A stretch of DNA of 64,000 nucleotides from Haplodiscus bocki. Its lineage: Eukaryota. The position numbers and the translations under genes are program-made. The notes under the pieces were generated by a model that was given only the letters and a program-made list of their open reading frames with translations, was not told the origin of the DNA and did not search any database. Below are positions 61,601-64,000 of the stretch, one piece after another. Position 1 is the stretch's first letter; each line of letters starts with the position of its first letter. The stretch lies in the NCBI GenBank assembly GCA_965655095.1, contig OZ296648.1:71052001-71116000 (forward strand). Direction: 5' to 3'.

Positions 61601-64000
61601 GAAACTGCAATTAATACACGGCGTGCGATACGACTACAGCGTTTTTTTTCTTTTCTCACTCCCAAATTGGCCTCTTTTATACTATTTGCTTCCAGGATCT
61701 AGGACAAAAACTTCAAAAAGACTTTCTAATTAAGATTGAAACCTGTTTGAGAAAATTGTTTCTTCAATTGTTCTTTGAAAATGCATTCTGACCCACAAAG
61801 TGGGTAACTAAATAGAACCTTCTTGTCAGCCTAGATTAGGGGTTTTGGTATTTTTATAGGTAATAGCTAGAAGTGTTTGAAATTTACAAAAATCAAAAAA
61901 GCAACAAAAGCTCAATTATCACGTTTTGTTGCAAATAACCAAGCAATCCATGATCTGACTTCAAACACAAGGTAAAAGATAACAATTTGTTGTCCCGTTG
62001 TTTTGTCGACGGAGAATATGGGCTATTCTGGGGAATATCGTATACGACATGGTATTTGAAATGAAGAGATGTGCCAAAGTAGCTGCAAACAGCTCGATTT
62101 TCAAGTTTCTCTTGATGAAAACCTATCGAATACTTGTACGTTTTGTGATCGCTGCCAAACAATCAGAGACATTCAAACCTTGTTTTCCCTTAATATTGTG
62201 CAAAAACAGGGTTTCCTTTGGAATTACGTCCAGCATATAAGGCTTCAGTTTGCCGAAAAAATCAGAAAAATCGATTTCCTAAATATTTTCCAAAAAAACT
62301 CTATCGACGAACATTGACATCGAAGCAAAGAGCTATTAGCTCATTGATAGGAGCCTTGAATTACGGCAATAGGACTACTGAGAGAGTTGAGGATCTACAT
62401 GCCAAGATAAAAGACCTCAAGTTCAATACTCTTTCAACACCAAAATAGTCTCGTTTTGGAGGACTATTTTGCATAAATGCGCAACAAAAAAATGCTCTCG
62501 GCAATCAAAATGTAGTAGAAATTTTTGTGACTTTTGACTATGAAGTGACACTGAGTGTTTTCCTCGATTTGCTTCCAATACAAAAGTCACAACTTTCGAT
62601 AATTATGCTTGAAAAACGCTCGACTTTCAAGATCTTTTGGCAAACGAAATTCTTGGAAATAATCGTCATCGCAATTTAGAAAAATAATTGATCGGTTTGA
62701 GATTTTCTGTTATCAAAACTAAAATGAACTGAAGAATTAAATTTTACAGTAAAACATTTGAAAACCACAAAAATTTTCGGAGTTCCTAAAAAAACTCATT
62801 TTCCATGATTATTCCACAGAAAAACAATTAAAAATTAGCTAGATTGCAGCTGAAGTTTAGTATGCGCTCCAAAAGAGTCTTAAAATTAAACCGAGAGACA
62901 ATTCAAGCATAGGGGAGACCTATCTTTTTGTTATCTTAAAATTGTGCTCAAGTTAGCTACCTTTTCAAATCTCTCTCAAAAAAAACTTCGAAAAGTGAAA
63001 CCGCAGCCATAGATTTGTGTGAGCATGAACAGATTATCTTTGGTGCGGACAAATGTACAAAGTCAAGCATCCTGAAGCCTTATTTTTTTGAATTAGACAA
63101 GCAATAACACGACAACTGTTGTCAATGTAGCCAACATTAGGTCGCTTTGGAAGTTTCTATCGTTAAAAGATATAATGAAAAATTATCGGACTGCAGTCAA
63201 GAAGTGGTATGAAATAGACTGGAGTCCTGCCGAATTGTCTCTGCAGAAATATGGAAAATCTGTAAAATAGGTGGAAAAATACCAAACTGGGAACGAAAAA
63301 GTTTGAGTTGAAAGAGGAAGAGATAAAAATAGTATCTGACTTCTCCAGTATGTCTGTCTGCAGAGACTTAGTCTCGCTTTCGTTACTCGGCGCTAAAAGA
63401 AATCATTCTTTGAAAAATCCACCTCCGGCAAAAAACTGTGGATTGAGACGGTTGCAGGAGGAATGAAGCAGGTGGCGTTACAGATTTATAATATTCAATG
63501 TCGATTTTTGTCAATTTTATAAGCACTATTTGATATTTTCCGGTTCTCGGGATCCCAACAGAACAAAAAGATGGACGAATTTTTGTCATGGTCCTCCAAA
63601 AATAGAAAGTTGTTCATTGGTGGAAGGTACTTGATGGATAGAAATACATATTGATGGAAGACTTCAGGCACAAAGTTAGTAAGAAGTTTCATAATTTGTA
63701 GTAGGATATGTCAGAATGAATAACATTTTGCGATCTTTACACTACAATGTTTCCGACGGAACGAACAAAATCTAGATTTTTTTCATAAGTTGAGCTCTCG
63801 AATGAACCCGCGATGCAAAATATCAAGCTGTTATTTATTGCTCCATAGTTATGATTTTGAAAACCGAGGTTTGTAGCTATTCAATGCAGTCCTGGCAATT
63901 TCAGCCTGTCAGGAATCGGACGCCTACAAAAATATCACTGATTTTTCTATTGAAAAATTTTCCTCACAAAAAGTACACGGATGATTAAAATTAGCGATGC

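Overview
AT-rich eukaryotic (animal-like) genomic DNA with one 169-N assembly gap; the species cannot be determined from sequence alone. (1) A minus-strand polycystin-1-like (PKD1-like, REJ-GAIN/GPS-TM1) gene is spread over at least 9 phase-compatible exons between 30923 and 93 and is incomplete at both ends. (2) Its introns and flanks contain at least five families of non-autonomous CCC...GGG-terminated DNA transposons with variable 2-bp target-site duplications (TSDs; CMC/EnSpm-like), a decayed Gypsy-like gag-bearing retroelement, and an unidentified decayed repeat family. (3) 34158-48035 is a both-ends-intact but pseudogenised, internally deleted Polinton/Maverick (adintovirus-like endogenous virus): AGTAGT...ACTACT ends, TACTT(C/T) TSD, packaging ATPase, capsid remnant, adenain-type protease, fibre-like protein, two candidate membrane-active proteins, HNH nuclease, rve integrase and protein-primed PolB, all on the + strand. 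(4) 49347-58648 is an old tandem duplicate of the element's right two-thirds plus ~0.8 kb of flank. It shares disabling mutations with the first copy, and one ~400-600 bp tract is near-identical between the copies. The most unusual structure is that each Polinton terminal inverted repeat (TIR) carries a second, inverted, sequence-distinct copy of the ~105-bp terminus about 0.5 kb inside, so each end is itself a self-contained AGT...ACT mini-element. All identities quoted are by-eye estimates; no database searches were run.
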